From IMG/VR virus record IMGVR_UViG_3300049988_000118, positions 9,989-73,988 of that record: a stretch of 64,000 nt of DNA. One strand, given 5' to 3'. Positions 19,466 to 27,621 of the stretch are shown here, piece after piece. The notes below the pieces were generated by a model. That model worked only from the letters and a program-made list of their open reading frames with translations, was not told where the DNA came from and made no database searches. Source of the DNA: a virus. Lineage: Duplodnaviria; Caudoviricetes. The translations under genes and the position numbers were made by a program. Numbering within the stretch: the stretch's first letter is position 1; each line of letters opens with the position of its first letter.

Positions 19466-19586
19466 GCACGTTCCTCGGTGGGTAGGCCCTCCGACCCCGC
19501 CCCGCATGCTGCGCCTCACTACCGCAGCGCACAATGGGTCCTCCGGAGACACCCCACCCCTCTGCGGGCAGAGTTGCTCCCGACTT
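19466..19586 (+). repeat. Satellite copy of helper cos region (121 bp identical)
   Basis: Identical to 9856-9976; upstream of satellite terS. Confidence 0.9.
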
Positions 19587-19668
19587 TCGGCTCTCTGCAA
19601 GTTTGCCAAAAATAGGGGGGGCCGCTTCTTTTCGGTCCCTCGAAGCCTCGCTCCCGATGGAGAAACCG

Positions 19669-20187
19669 ATGAACGAGACCGCTTCGAACGCCGAGATGAT
19701 GGAGCTGTTCGGGGTCTCAGACCGGACCGTCGCGAAGCACGCCGCCAGCGGGATATTCGTGCGTGTTGGCCGCGGCCAGTACGACGTGAAGGCCTCGATC
19801 CGCACCTACGCTGAGCACCTCCGCAGCGCCGCATCCGGGCGGCCCAGCACCAACGAAGAGCTGCGAGCCGAGAAGATTCGACTGACCGCCGCCCAAGCTG
19901 ACCGCGCAGAGATGGACCGGGACGCCGAGGCCGAGGTGATGGTCAACGTGAAGGAATTCGACGACGCGTGGGGCCATGAAATCGTCAAGCTTCGGCAGGG
20001 GTTTCTCGGCTTGGCAAATAAGATCGCGGAGGCTCACCCCCACTTCACGCGCCACGAGATCCACACCATCGACGAAGTGATCCGCGCGATGATGGAGCGG
20101 GTTGCCGACGATGCCGATACACGCCTGGAAATCGCTCAGGCCAAAGAAGACAAGGGCGGAAAGTCGCGGCGCCGGTCCCGCCGCTGA
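19669..20187 (+). CDS. Satellite small terminase / Rpp-like (Nu1 family)
   Basis: MMELFGVSDRTV..AASG HTH; EELRAEKIRLTAAQADRAEM coiled coil typical of Nu1; GGAG RBS. Confidence 0.8.
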   Translation: MNETASNAEMMELFGVSDRTVAKHAASGIFVRVGRGQYDVKASIRTYAEHLRSAASGRPSTNEELRAEKIRLTAAQADRAEMDRDAEAEVMVNVKEFDDAWGHEIVKLRQGFLGLANKIAEAHPHFTRHEIHTIDEVIRAMMERVADDADTRLEIAQAKEDKGGKSRRRSRR

Positions 20188-20207
20188 ACGCGTAATTCGA
20201 TTTAATG

Positions 20208-20247
20208 GTTGGTTTTGGTTGGTTTTCCCCGGTCCAAAGTTGGTTTT
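20208..20247 (+). promoter_or_regulatory. Three helically phased direct repeats GTTGGTTTT
   Basis: Copies at 20208, 20218 and 20239 in the only AT-rich gap before the satellite morphogenesis operon. Confidence 0.5.
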
Positions 20248-20288
20248 CTCTCGTTGAATTAGGCCCTCGTCCGCCGGACACTTCCGGC

Positions 20289-20636
20289 ATGACAACCGCC
20301 AGCTTCCCCCGCTTCAGCACAACGCTGGACCACGAGACGGCCCGCGCCGTCACCCTCGCCGCCGCCGAACGGATGCAGAGTCGCGCCGACTTCATTCGTG
20401 ACGCGGTGGCCCACGAACTGAGCGTCCGACAGGCCGCCGCCGACGCCGTGCGATCCGAGGTCGAGCGCCAGGGAGCCGCCGCCCGCCGCCTCACCGCCGC
20501 ACTGGATCGGGGGCCGGGTGCAACCTCCCGTCTCACCGCCTCGCGCGTCGCCGCGCTCGCCCGGCCGGCCGCGCACACCATCCCCAACATCTCCACCCTC
20601 GACGCGGCCGAAGCCGCCGGAAAGGCATGCCCATGA
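20289..20636 (+). CDS. Ribbon-helix-helix-like regulator
   Basis: RFSTTLD beta-strand followed by two helices (..SRADFIRDAV). Confidence 0.5.
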   Translation: MTTASFPRFSTTLDHETARAVTLAAAERMQSRADFIRDAVAHELSVRQAAADAVRSEVERQGAAARRLTAALDRGPGATSRLTASRVAALARPAAHTIPNISTLDAAEAAGKACP

Positions 20637-21718
20637 AATCGCCGACGAAGCTGCTCAAGGCCACCGCCACGGCGTTCGGCCTTGCCCGTAAGGCCACCGA
20701 CGCCGAGGTCATCGAGGCTGCAATCGCGGAGGCACGCACGGCCATTGCGGAGGGCGAGCGCGACGGGGCCGAGGCCCAAGCGCGCTACGACGAATCCCTG
20801 CTCGCCGATGACGGCGACCCGGCCTTGATGCTCAACGCGATCCAGGCCGCCAAGATCAAGCGGGACCGCGGCGAGGCCCAGGTGGCCACCCTCACCGTGC
20901 GCCTGAACGATGTGCGGGAGGCCAGCGAGCAAGAACGCCGCGGCGCGATCTATCGGGATGCGGAGGCAAAAGCCGAAGCCGCCCGCGTTGCCCTGGTTCA
21001 GGAATACCCCGCCATCGCCCGACAGATGCATGGGCTACTCCGGCTTCTGGCCGAAGCCGAGATCAGGGTAGCGCAGGCGAACGCGGACCTACCGCACGGG
21101 GCCGCGCCCATCGCTTCGCCCGAGTGGCAGGTTCGGTATCCCGGGGCCAACCTGCCGCCGCTGCCGGCCCCAACGATGGTGAAGCTTTGGGCGCCCATGG
21201 GTGGAAGCGAGCCCGTGCCGGAGGAAGACCAGCAACGGGTTCGCCCGATGCCCGGTCGAGCGGAGTGGGTCGGCGCCCTCCGGCGTGATGACGGCTCCAC
21301 GCTGGAGTGTCATCGCCGTACCTTTCGGAAGTCGCTGGAATACGAGAAGCCCCACGGGGATTGGGGCACCAATCTGGCCGGGTCCGTGTGCCTGCCGGCC
21401 CTGTATCCCTTCACCCCGCCCGTGTGGCCGCAGAACCTCATCAACGGCAAGACATTCGACCGATCTGCTGATGTTGCGCTGTCGACCTTGGATGATGTTG
21501 AGCCCCTGAGCGCGGCAGTCTGGCGACGAGCGGAGGCGATTTTGAAGGTCGTCACCCGCTTCCGGGAGGAGGGCCGCCCCCTCAACGTAGTGGACGACGG
21601 AGCACCGCGCGTACCGCGCCACCAGCCTGTCACGGATCTCGCCCTTCGCCACCAGCCTGTCACGGATCTCGCCCTTTACGACGAGGATGACGGCGAAGCG
21701 GAGGGCGAGGCAGCATGA
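20633..21718 (+). CDS. Satellite protein with long helical/coiled-coil N-terminus, unknown function
   Basis: Ala/Glu/Arg-rich N-terminal half; ATGA coupling both sides. Confidence 0.65.
   Translation: MKSPTKLLKATATAFGLARKATDAEVIEAAIAEARTAIAEGERDGAEAQARYDESLLADDGDPALMLNAIQAAKIKRDRGEAQVATLTVRLNDVREASEQERRGAIYRDAEAKAEAARVALVQEYPAIARQMHGLLRLLAEAEIRVAQANADLPHGAAPIASPEWQVRYPGANLPPLPAPTMVKLWAPMGGSEPVPEEDQQRVRPMPGRAEWVGALRRDDGSTLECHRRTFRKSLEYEKPHGDWGTNLAGSVCLPALYPFTPPVWPQNLINGKTFDRSADVALSTLDDVEPLSAAVWRRAEAILKVVTRFREEGRPLNVVDDGAPRVPRHQPVTDLALRHQPVTDLALYDEDDGEAEGEAA
21617..21676 (+). repeat. 30-bp perfect tandem duplication (RHQPVTDLAL x2)
   Basis: CGCCACCAGCCTGTCACGGATCTCGCCCTT twice. Confidence 0.95.
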
Positions 21719-21978
21719 TGCGCGTCGTGCCGAAAGTCGATGGCGCCGAAGACGAACGGCGGGCGGCCAAGCGCCAACGGCTCACCGAAACCCTGGCCCT
21801 GCCGGAAGCGCAGGGCAGGGGCAACCTCCTCCCCTTCGCCCTGGCGTGCCGTTTCGATCTTCCCATGGCCCGCGTGAAGCAAGCCCTGGTCGACGCACCC
21901 GAGATGACCGACCCGAACGAAGTTGCCGAGTGGGCGGAGGCATACCCCGTCCGCTCAAAACTGGAGATCGTGAAATGA
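21715..21978 (+). CDS. Small protein resembling the lambda Nu3/gpC scaffold motif
   Basis: LALPEAQGR...L..AP pattern; coupled to the protease gene. Confidence 0.45.
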   Translation: MMRVVPKVDGAEDERRAAKRQRLTETLALPEAQGRGNLLPFALACRFDLPMARVKQALVDAPEMTDPNEVAEWAEAYPVRSKLEIVK

Positions 21979-23231
21979 ACGACTACGATGGCCGCCGCCT
22001 GATCTGCGAAGGTGCCTTGGTCCTCTATGGTGACGTGGGCGAGGCCGGATGGGCGGACGTCGATGGCTTCACCGCCTCCGATGTGCTGTTCGCGCTCGCG
22101 GAGATCGGCGCAGACCGTGACGTGACGGTGCGGATCAACTCTGGCGGCGGCAATGCCTTCGAGGGCCTCGCCATCCACGCGATCCTCTCGGCGCACCGCG
22201 GCAAGATCACCACCGTAGTCGAGGGCATCGCCGCGTCCGCCGCCTCCATCATCGCGATGGCGGGGAAGGACCGGATCGTCGCGCCCGGGTCGCTCATGAT
22301 GATCCACGACCCGTCGGGCCTGACGGTCGGCACGGCGGACGATCACGACGACACCGCCGCCATGCTGCGCACCCTGTCGGATGCGCTTGCGACCGTCTAC
22401 GCGACCGCCACCGGCCGAGCGAAGGCCGTCATCCTGGAGGAGATGAAGGCCGAGACGTGGCTCGACGCCGACGAATCCCTTGCCCGGCGGTACGCCACGG
22501 CGATCGGAACCGCCCCCGCCTCGACCGCCATGCTCCCGTTTCCGTTCGGAGCCTATGCGAAGGCACCCGCCCACCTCGTCGCCCTTGCGGAAACGAAGGG
22601 GTGGAGCGCCCGCCAGTTCACCGCCTCGCACGCCCTGGGCAAGTCGCGTTCCGAGCGCCACGCCGCTGCACCGCGCTCCTTCGATAAGGCGGCCACCGCG
22701 TCGGCGCCTGACGCCATCGCCCAGACGTGCGCTCTTGCCGGGTGCCCGGAGAGGGCCGCCGAGTTCATTGCGGCTGGGGCGTCGTCGGCCGACGTAGCGA
22801 AGCAGCTGCTAGCGGAAGCGGTGACCGGCACGGCCACCCAGGGCGCGAGCCAGAACCGTCTGTCTCGCGCCGATTCGGCGTCGGTCGCGACCCTGTGTCT
22901 CGACGCGAGCATTCCCGAGATGACGCCGACCATCCTCGCCCGAGCCACCACCGTGGATCAGGCCAAGGCGCTGATCCAGACCGGCACCGAAATGAAGGAC
23001 GTCGTGACCCTGGCGCGCCGGCACTGCCCGAGCGTGCCCGAGGATTTGGCGGTCACAGCGTTCGCCGCCGGAAAGACGGTCAAGCAGGTCCGCGACGAGG
23101 CCGTGAACCTGATGGCGGAAGAGGGCGACCGAACCGAAGTCCAGGGGAGCCGCCACCCCGCCGCGATCAATTCCGGCCCCGGGGCGGCGAAGCGGAACAT
23201 GCTGGCCCAACTCGCGCGGGCCACCCGCTGA
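21975..23231 (+). CDS. Satellite ClpP-like head maturation protease with scaffold extension
   Basis: INSGGG, GIAASAAS, MMIHDP, ETWLDA; paralog of 32215-33423. Confidence 0.9.
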   Translation: MNDYDGRRLICEGALVLYGDVGEAGWADVDGFTASDVLFALAEIGADRDVTVRINSGGGNAFEGLAIHAILSAHRGKITTVVEGIAASAASIIAMAGKDRIVAPGSLMMIHDPSGLTVGTADDHDDTAAMLRTLSDALATVYATATGRAKAVILEEMKAETWLDADESLARRYATAIGTAPASTAMLPFPFGAYAKAPAHLVALAETKGWSARQFTASHALGKSRSERHAAAPRSFDKAATASAPDAIAQTCALAGCPERAAEFIAAGASSADVAKQLLAEAVTGTATQGASQNRLSRADSASVATLCLDASIPEMTPTILARATTVDQAKALIQTGTEMKDVVTLARRHCPSVPEDLAVTAFAAGKTVKQVRDEAVNLMAEEGDRTEVQGSRHPAAINSGPGAAKRNMLAQLARATR

Positions 23232-23422
23232 TGGCCCTGGCAACCTCCGCCCTCCGCGTCCGCATCGTGGACACCCCGTCGGCCGGCGCTCTCCTCGACC
23301 TCGCCGACCGCTTGCGCCGACTCGCCCCGTCGCCCCGCGATCCGGAGCGCTTCCACGTCGAGAAGTCCGAGATTGAGGGCGAACTGCGCCGGCTCGCCCT
23401 GCCGCCCGCCCGGAGATCCTAA
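23231..23422 (+). CDS. Small satellite hypothetical protein (63 aa)
   Basis: TGATG coupling; LRRLAPSPRDPERFHVEKSEI. Confidence 0.55.
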   Translation: MALATSALRVRIVDTPSAGALLDLADRLRRLAPSPRDPERFHVEKSEIEGELRRLALPPARRS

Positions 23423-23425
23423 ACA

Positions 23426-23955
23426 ATGCCCAAAAGCTCCACTCGGAAGCGCGCCCCTGCCGCGCGGTCCCCCGCCCCGGACCTCCCGCCGCCGCGCTTC
23501 GTCATGCCGGTGCCGGATCATACCGTTCCGCTGATCCACCCGGTCGAGTACGCCGGCCGAACCTTCGCCAGCATCACCCGTCGACGCCCGTCTAGCGCCG
23601 TGCTGGGCCGGTGGTTCGAGCAGTTCACCGAGGGCGCGGCGGTCCCGGGCGACACGAATCTCAACGTGCCGATTTTCGTCGACGAGGCCGGCGACCTCGT
23701 ACCGGATGCGGTGCTCGGCTTTCTCGACGACGATGACCGGCAGGTCGTGTTCGAGGATGCTGACCGTTTTTTTCCCAAGCGGCTCGCGGTTGCCCTGGAA
23801 GCTCTGACGCAGGACTCAGCCCCTTCGTCTGGCGAACCTGCCGAGCCGACATCATCCGCTTGATAGGGGGCTCGCGGGCTGAGCTCGACGCCATGACCTG
23901 GGGCGAGTTCACCCGCGAGTGGTTCGAAGCCAAACGCGTTTCTGAGGGCCGCTGA
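23426..23955 (+). CDS. Satellite tail assembly chaperone (gpE-like, 23426-23863) with -1 frameshift extension to 23955
   Basis: Homologous to 48451-48834; T7 slippery run at 23767-23773; -1 frame open to TGA 23953-23955. Confidence 0.85.
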
Positions 23956-23956
23956 G

Positions 23957-26647
23957 ATGTCGACACGCACCGCAACCCTGATCGCCAACTTGGTCGATCA
24001 GGTCTCAGGTCCGGCCAAGGGCATGGCCGGCGCCCTGAAAAGCACCGCATCCGCCCTCGATGCACTGAAGGCCAAGGCCGGCAAGATCGACGCCTTCAAG
24101 CAGGCGAGCAAGTCGCTGGACGACGCCGCGCAGAAGTTCAGGCTGGCGCAGCAGAACGTGCGCAAGATCAAGGCCGAGATGGAGGCCGGCGGCGACGGCG
24201 CCAAAAAGCTCGGGAGCGCGCTGAAGGGCGCCGAGCGCAACGCCGATGCGGCGCGGGCCGCGTTCAAGAATCAGGGGCAGGAGGTCCGCGCGTTGCGCAC
24301 CGCCCTGGAGCAGGCCGGCGTGCCGCTCAACGCGCTCGCCGCGCACGAGCGCCAGTTGCAGACCCAGATCAACCACACCACCGAGGCGCTCAAGCGACGG
24401 AAGAAGGCGCTTGCGGATGTTGGCGCCGGGGCGCCGGCGAGCCGGATGGGGCCAGCCGCAGGCGGGCACGGGCCTCAAGCAGGGCGCGGGGGCGGTGGCA
24501 CGGGCGCCGCCGGGAGCGCCGTAGTGGGCGCCGGCGTGGCGCGCTTCGGCGTGGCAGCGGCCGGAATCGGTGGGGGTGCCTACATCATCGGCGATCAGAT
24601 CCGCCGGGCTGCGAAGTCGTCGATAGATTTCGAGCGCAGCATGATCGAGGTCGGCAAGGCCACCGACGCATCAGGGGCCGATCTCGAAAAATACTCCGAG
24701 GGCATCCTGGCGCTGGCCCGCGCCACCGGCAAGACGAAGGAAGACCTCGCCTCGATGCTCTCCTCGGCGGGCTTTGCCGGCCGCCCGAAGGAGGAGCTAA
24801 TGAACTTCACCGAGTACGCGGCGAAAGCGACCGTGGCTTGGGGCACGAGCGCCGAAGACACCGGCCAGGCGTTGGCCGAGATCGGCAACATCTACGACGC
24901 GAATCAGAAGCGCATCGAGGAGATCGGCGACGCGATCAACACGATGGCGGACAGCTCGGCATCGAAGGAATCCGACCTACTCGACTTCATGCGTCGGGCG
25001 GGTGCCTCGTCGAAGCAGGCCGGCATCTCAGCCGAGCATATGCTGGCGTTCGGCGCCTCGATGAAGGAAGTGGGCGTCCGGACCGACGTGGCCGCCACCG
25101 GCTTCGAGGCACTCCTGAACGTGATGAAGCTCGGCGAGGAGTTTTCGAAGAAAGCAGGCGAAGGTCTGAAGGATCTCGGCGTCAACTCCACCAAGATGCG
25201 CAAGGCGTTCGTCGCCAAGCCGGTCGAGACGATGCTTGGCCTGCTGGAAAAGATCAACAAGGTCGCGGACCCGCTCAAGAAAGCGGAGATTATGACCAAC
25301 CTTTTTGGCAAGGAATATCAGGACGACATCGCCAAGATGCTCAACGCCTTGCCGAAGGTGAACAAGTACATCGGCATCATGAGCGATCAGGCGAAGATTG
25401 CCGCCGGTGGCGTCCGGTTCCAGTTCGGTCAGAACCTCGACAAGGACGTGTCGAAGATCGACCGGGCCACGCAATCCATCGACGTTCTCTACAAGCGCAT
25501 CGGCGACCCGATCAAGATCCAGATCGGCGGCATCTCCGAGCAGGTCAATACGCTCGTCGACAGCCTGGAAAAGGGCGACACGATCCTTCAGCGCCTGGTG
25601 AAGCGCCTCAACGGCGGCGAAGCTGGCAAGCCGATCGAGCTGCCCGAAATGAATGGCGAAGGCGGCCTGGAAAAATGGTTCGAGGAAAAGCTGCCCTGGC
25701 TGAGCGGCAAGAAGTGGAACGACGAGGTCGACAAGCGGATCGGCAAGACCGGCGCTGACACGGACCGGATGAACCGCGAGGACGCCGACGGGCGGCGCGC
25801 CGCGGCCGAGCGGGAGGTGCTCGACCGCCCGGCCGACATCGAGACGAAGATCCAGCGCCAGCGCCGCGCACAGGATCAGGCCCGGCGGGAAGCGGTCGGG
25901 GCTACGGGGATGCGGCGCTCGCTGGCGGTGGAGCAGATCGGCAAGTCCGACGCCGAGGTGAAGCGCTTGGAGGGCGAGCTTGCCAAGGCTTGGGAGGCGA
26001 TCGGAGCCCTTCGCGCTCAGCACAAGCGGGACAAGGGGGCGTTCAGCGTCGACGGTCCGGCTGCGAAGGACGTGGAGACCATCGGCCCGGGCCGCTTCGG
26101 GCTTGGCCTACACGGCACGGACGTGCTGCCCTCGCGCCGGGTGCCGCTACCGCCGCCGCGACCCGCAGGGCTGACGCCCGGCGCAGAAATCACCATGCCG
26201 GAGATCAAGGTCGAGGTGGACACCTCCGGCTTCGATGAGGCCAGCCGCAAGGCCGATGAACTCGGTGCGCGGACCATCGCGCCGAAGGGCGACGGCGCCG
26301 GCTTGGCCCCCATCGGGACAGCGGCCGACGAGGCCAAGGCGAAGCTCTCTGAAATCAATGCCACCACCGTCACACCGAAGGGAGATGCCGCAGGGCTCGC
26401 GCCGCTCGGGACGGCCGCCGACGAAGCCAAGGCAAAGCTTTCGGCCCTCGCCGGGGTGAGCGTCGCGCCGACCGTCGACGCCTCATCCATCGCGGCGGCA
26501 GAAACCGCAGTAGATCGCCTCCTGGCGAAAATCGCCCGGGTCGGCCCAGCCCTGAAAGGCGCCAACGGGGCTGTTGCCTCGGGTGTCGTCCGTTCCGGCA
26601 ACGTCGCCCAGCGCCTCCAGAACACTTTCACCGACAAGGGGATGTGA
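23957..26647 (+). CDS. Satellite tail tape measure protein (896 aa)
   Basis: TP901-type core (SIDFERSMIEVGK...); N- and C-termini match helper TMP; follows chaperone. Confidence 0.92.
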   Translation: MSTRTATLIANLVDQVSGPAKGMAGALKSTASALDALKAKAGKIDAFKQASKSLDDAAQKFRLAQQNVRKIKAEMEAGGDGAKKLGSALKGAERNADAARAAFKNQGQEVRALRTALEQAGVPLNALAAHERQLQTQINHTTEALKRRKKALADVGAGAPASRMGPAAGGHGPQAGRGGGGTGAAGSAVVGAGVARFGVAAAGIGGGAYIIGDQIRRAAKSSIDFERSMIEVGKATDASGADLEKYSEGILALARATGKTKEDLASMLSSAGFAGRPKEELMNFTEYAAKATVAWGTSAEDTGQALAEIGNIYDANQKRIEEIGDAINTMADSSASKESDLLDFMRRAGASSKQAGISAEHMLAFGASMKEVGVRTDVAATGFEALLNVMKLGEEFSKKAGEGLKDLGVNSTKMRKAFVAKPVETMLGLLEKINKVADPLKKAEIMTNLFGKEYQDDIAKMLNALPKVNKYIGIMSDQAKIAAGGVRFQFGQNLDKDVSKIDRATQSIDVLYKRIGDPIKIQIGGISEQVNTLVDSLEKGDTILQRLVKRLNGGEAGKPIELPEMNGEGGLEKWFEEKLPWLSGKKWNDEVDKRIGKTGADTDRMNREDADGRRAAAEREVLDRPADIETKIQRQRRAQDQARREAVGATGMRRSLAVEQIGKSDAEVKRLEGELAKAWEAIGALRAQHKRDKGAFSVDGPAAKDVETIGPGRFGLGLHGTDVLPSRRVPLPPPRPAGLTPGAEITMPEIKVEVDTSGFDEASRKADELGARTIAPKGDGAGLAPIGTAADEAKAKLSEINATTVTPKGDAAGLAPLGTAADEAKAKLSALAGVSVAPTVDASSIAAAETAVDRLLAKIARVGPALKGANGAVASGVVRSGNVAQRLQNTFTDKGM

Positions 26648-26705
26648 CGACGGCAGTCGGCCGCGCAGAGACGGTCAGTAAATGGCTTGTGACGATCTGG
26701 GCAGC

Positions 26706-27050
26706 CTACCGCGCGTCCACGATGCGACAGGACGCGGCGCCGAGAGTTTTCCCGTCCGCCTCGGCGATGCCGATGAAGTTCCGGCCTGTGACGGTAGCGC
26801 CCGGTTTGATGTTGCGGATAACCGAGGCCGCTTCACCCACGGGAGACCCGCCCGGACTTGCTACGGAGCAACTGACCTCGGCGACCTCCACCCGCGCCGA
26901 GCCGGCATTCCTCACCTGAATCACGGTCTCGACGGTCTCGCCGATGGCGCGCGGGCGTCCGGCCGTGACCGAGAGGTCATCCGCCATCCCCGCCGCGTGT
27001 GCGGCGTACGATGACACGATCAGAGCGAGGGCGAGCAGGGCAGGGCGCAT
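26706..27050 (-). CDS. Secreted protein (FxLYD-like Ig fold)
   Basis: Signal peptide MRPALLALALIVSSYAAHA; V.N.G..V...V.C...G pattern. Confidence 0.55.
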   Translation of the reverse strand: MRPALLALALIVSSYAAHAAGMADDLSVTAGRPRAIGETVETVIQVRNAGSARVEVAEVSCSVASPGGSPVGEAASVIRNIKPGATVTGRNFIGIAEADGKTLGAASCRIVDAR

Positions 27051-27093
27051 GCCGGCAAGATAGCCGCCGGGGTGCAGTTGTCGAGACTAGCCC

Positions 27094-27246
27094 TCAACCG
27101 CGTACGGCATGCTGTTCACCCGCCGGGGCAGGCCGCTCGGCATGTGGATGCTTCCGGTTGAATCGGTACTTCAGCAGCGCGAAAAAACCGCCGCCTCCGA
27201 CCACTGCCAAGCCGAGAGCGGACCATAGGAGCAGGGTAGGTGTCAC
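27094..27246 (-). CDS. 50-aa single-TM protein (not in ORF track)
   Basis: GAGGAG RBS + GTG; MTPTLLLWSALGLAVVGGGGFFALLKYRFNRKHPH... Confidence 0.55.
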   Translation of the reverse strand: MTPTLLLWSALGLAVVGGGGFFALLKYRFNRKHPHAERPAPAGEQHAVRG

Positions 27247-27249
27247 GGA

Positions 27250-27621
27250 TCACTCCTCTGATTGCATCACAAGGAAATTTAGAACGTACGGGAAGATATG
27301 GAAGCCCAAAGAAATAACACACCATTGAACCGCGTTTCCGTCCAGAACCGCATCCGCGTCCCGAACGAACGGCACGATCGCCGCTGCCCCTAGAATGCCG
27401 GCCGCGAGAGTGTTGCAGAGCGCGTTGAAGTGCTTGAGGCACTCATTGATGCGCTTGGCGTCAAGCTTCCGCAATGCTGGGTTATCAGACGATGGCGGCG
27501 GTTTTCCTGAACCAAAACTTGGAGAATTTATTTTTCGAGCCAGTGCCTCTGCTTCACCTTCAGCGAAGCTGTCAATCGATCGAAGGGGTGTTGTGCTTTT
27601 CTTAATGGCGCCAGTCATCAA
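27250..27621 (-). CDS. Membrane protein, two TM segments (cargo)
   Basis: Hydrophobic segments in C-terminal half; AT-rich. Confidence 0.5.
   Translation of the reverse strand: MMTGAIKKSTTPLRSIDSFAEGEAEALARKINSPSFGSGKPPPSSDNPALRKLDAKRINECLKHFNALCNTLAAGILGAAAIVPFVRDADAVLDGNAVQWCVISLGFHIFPYVLNFLVMQSEE

Noticed and set aside
21687-21974. N-terminal extension of the satellite protease in the ORF track
   Set aside because: Overlaps a better ORF (21715-21978); homology to the helper protease begins at ATG 21975.
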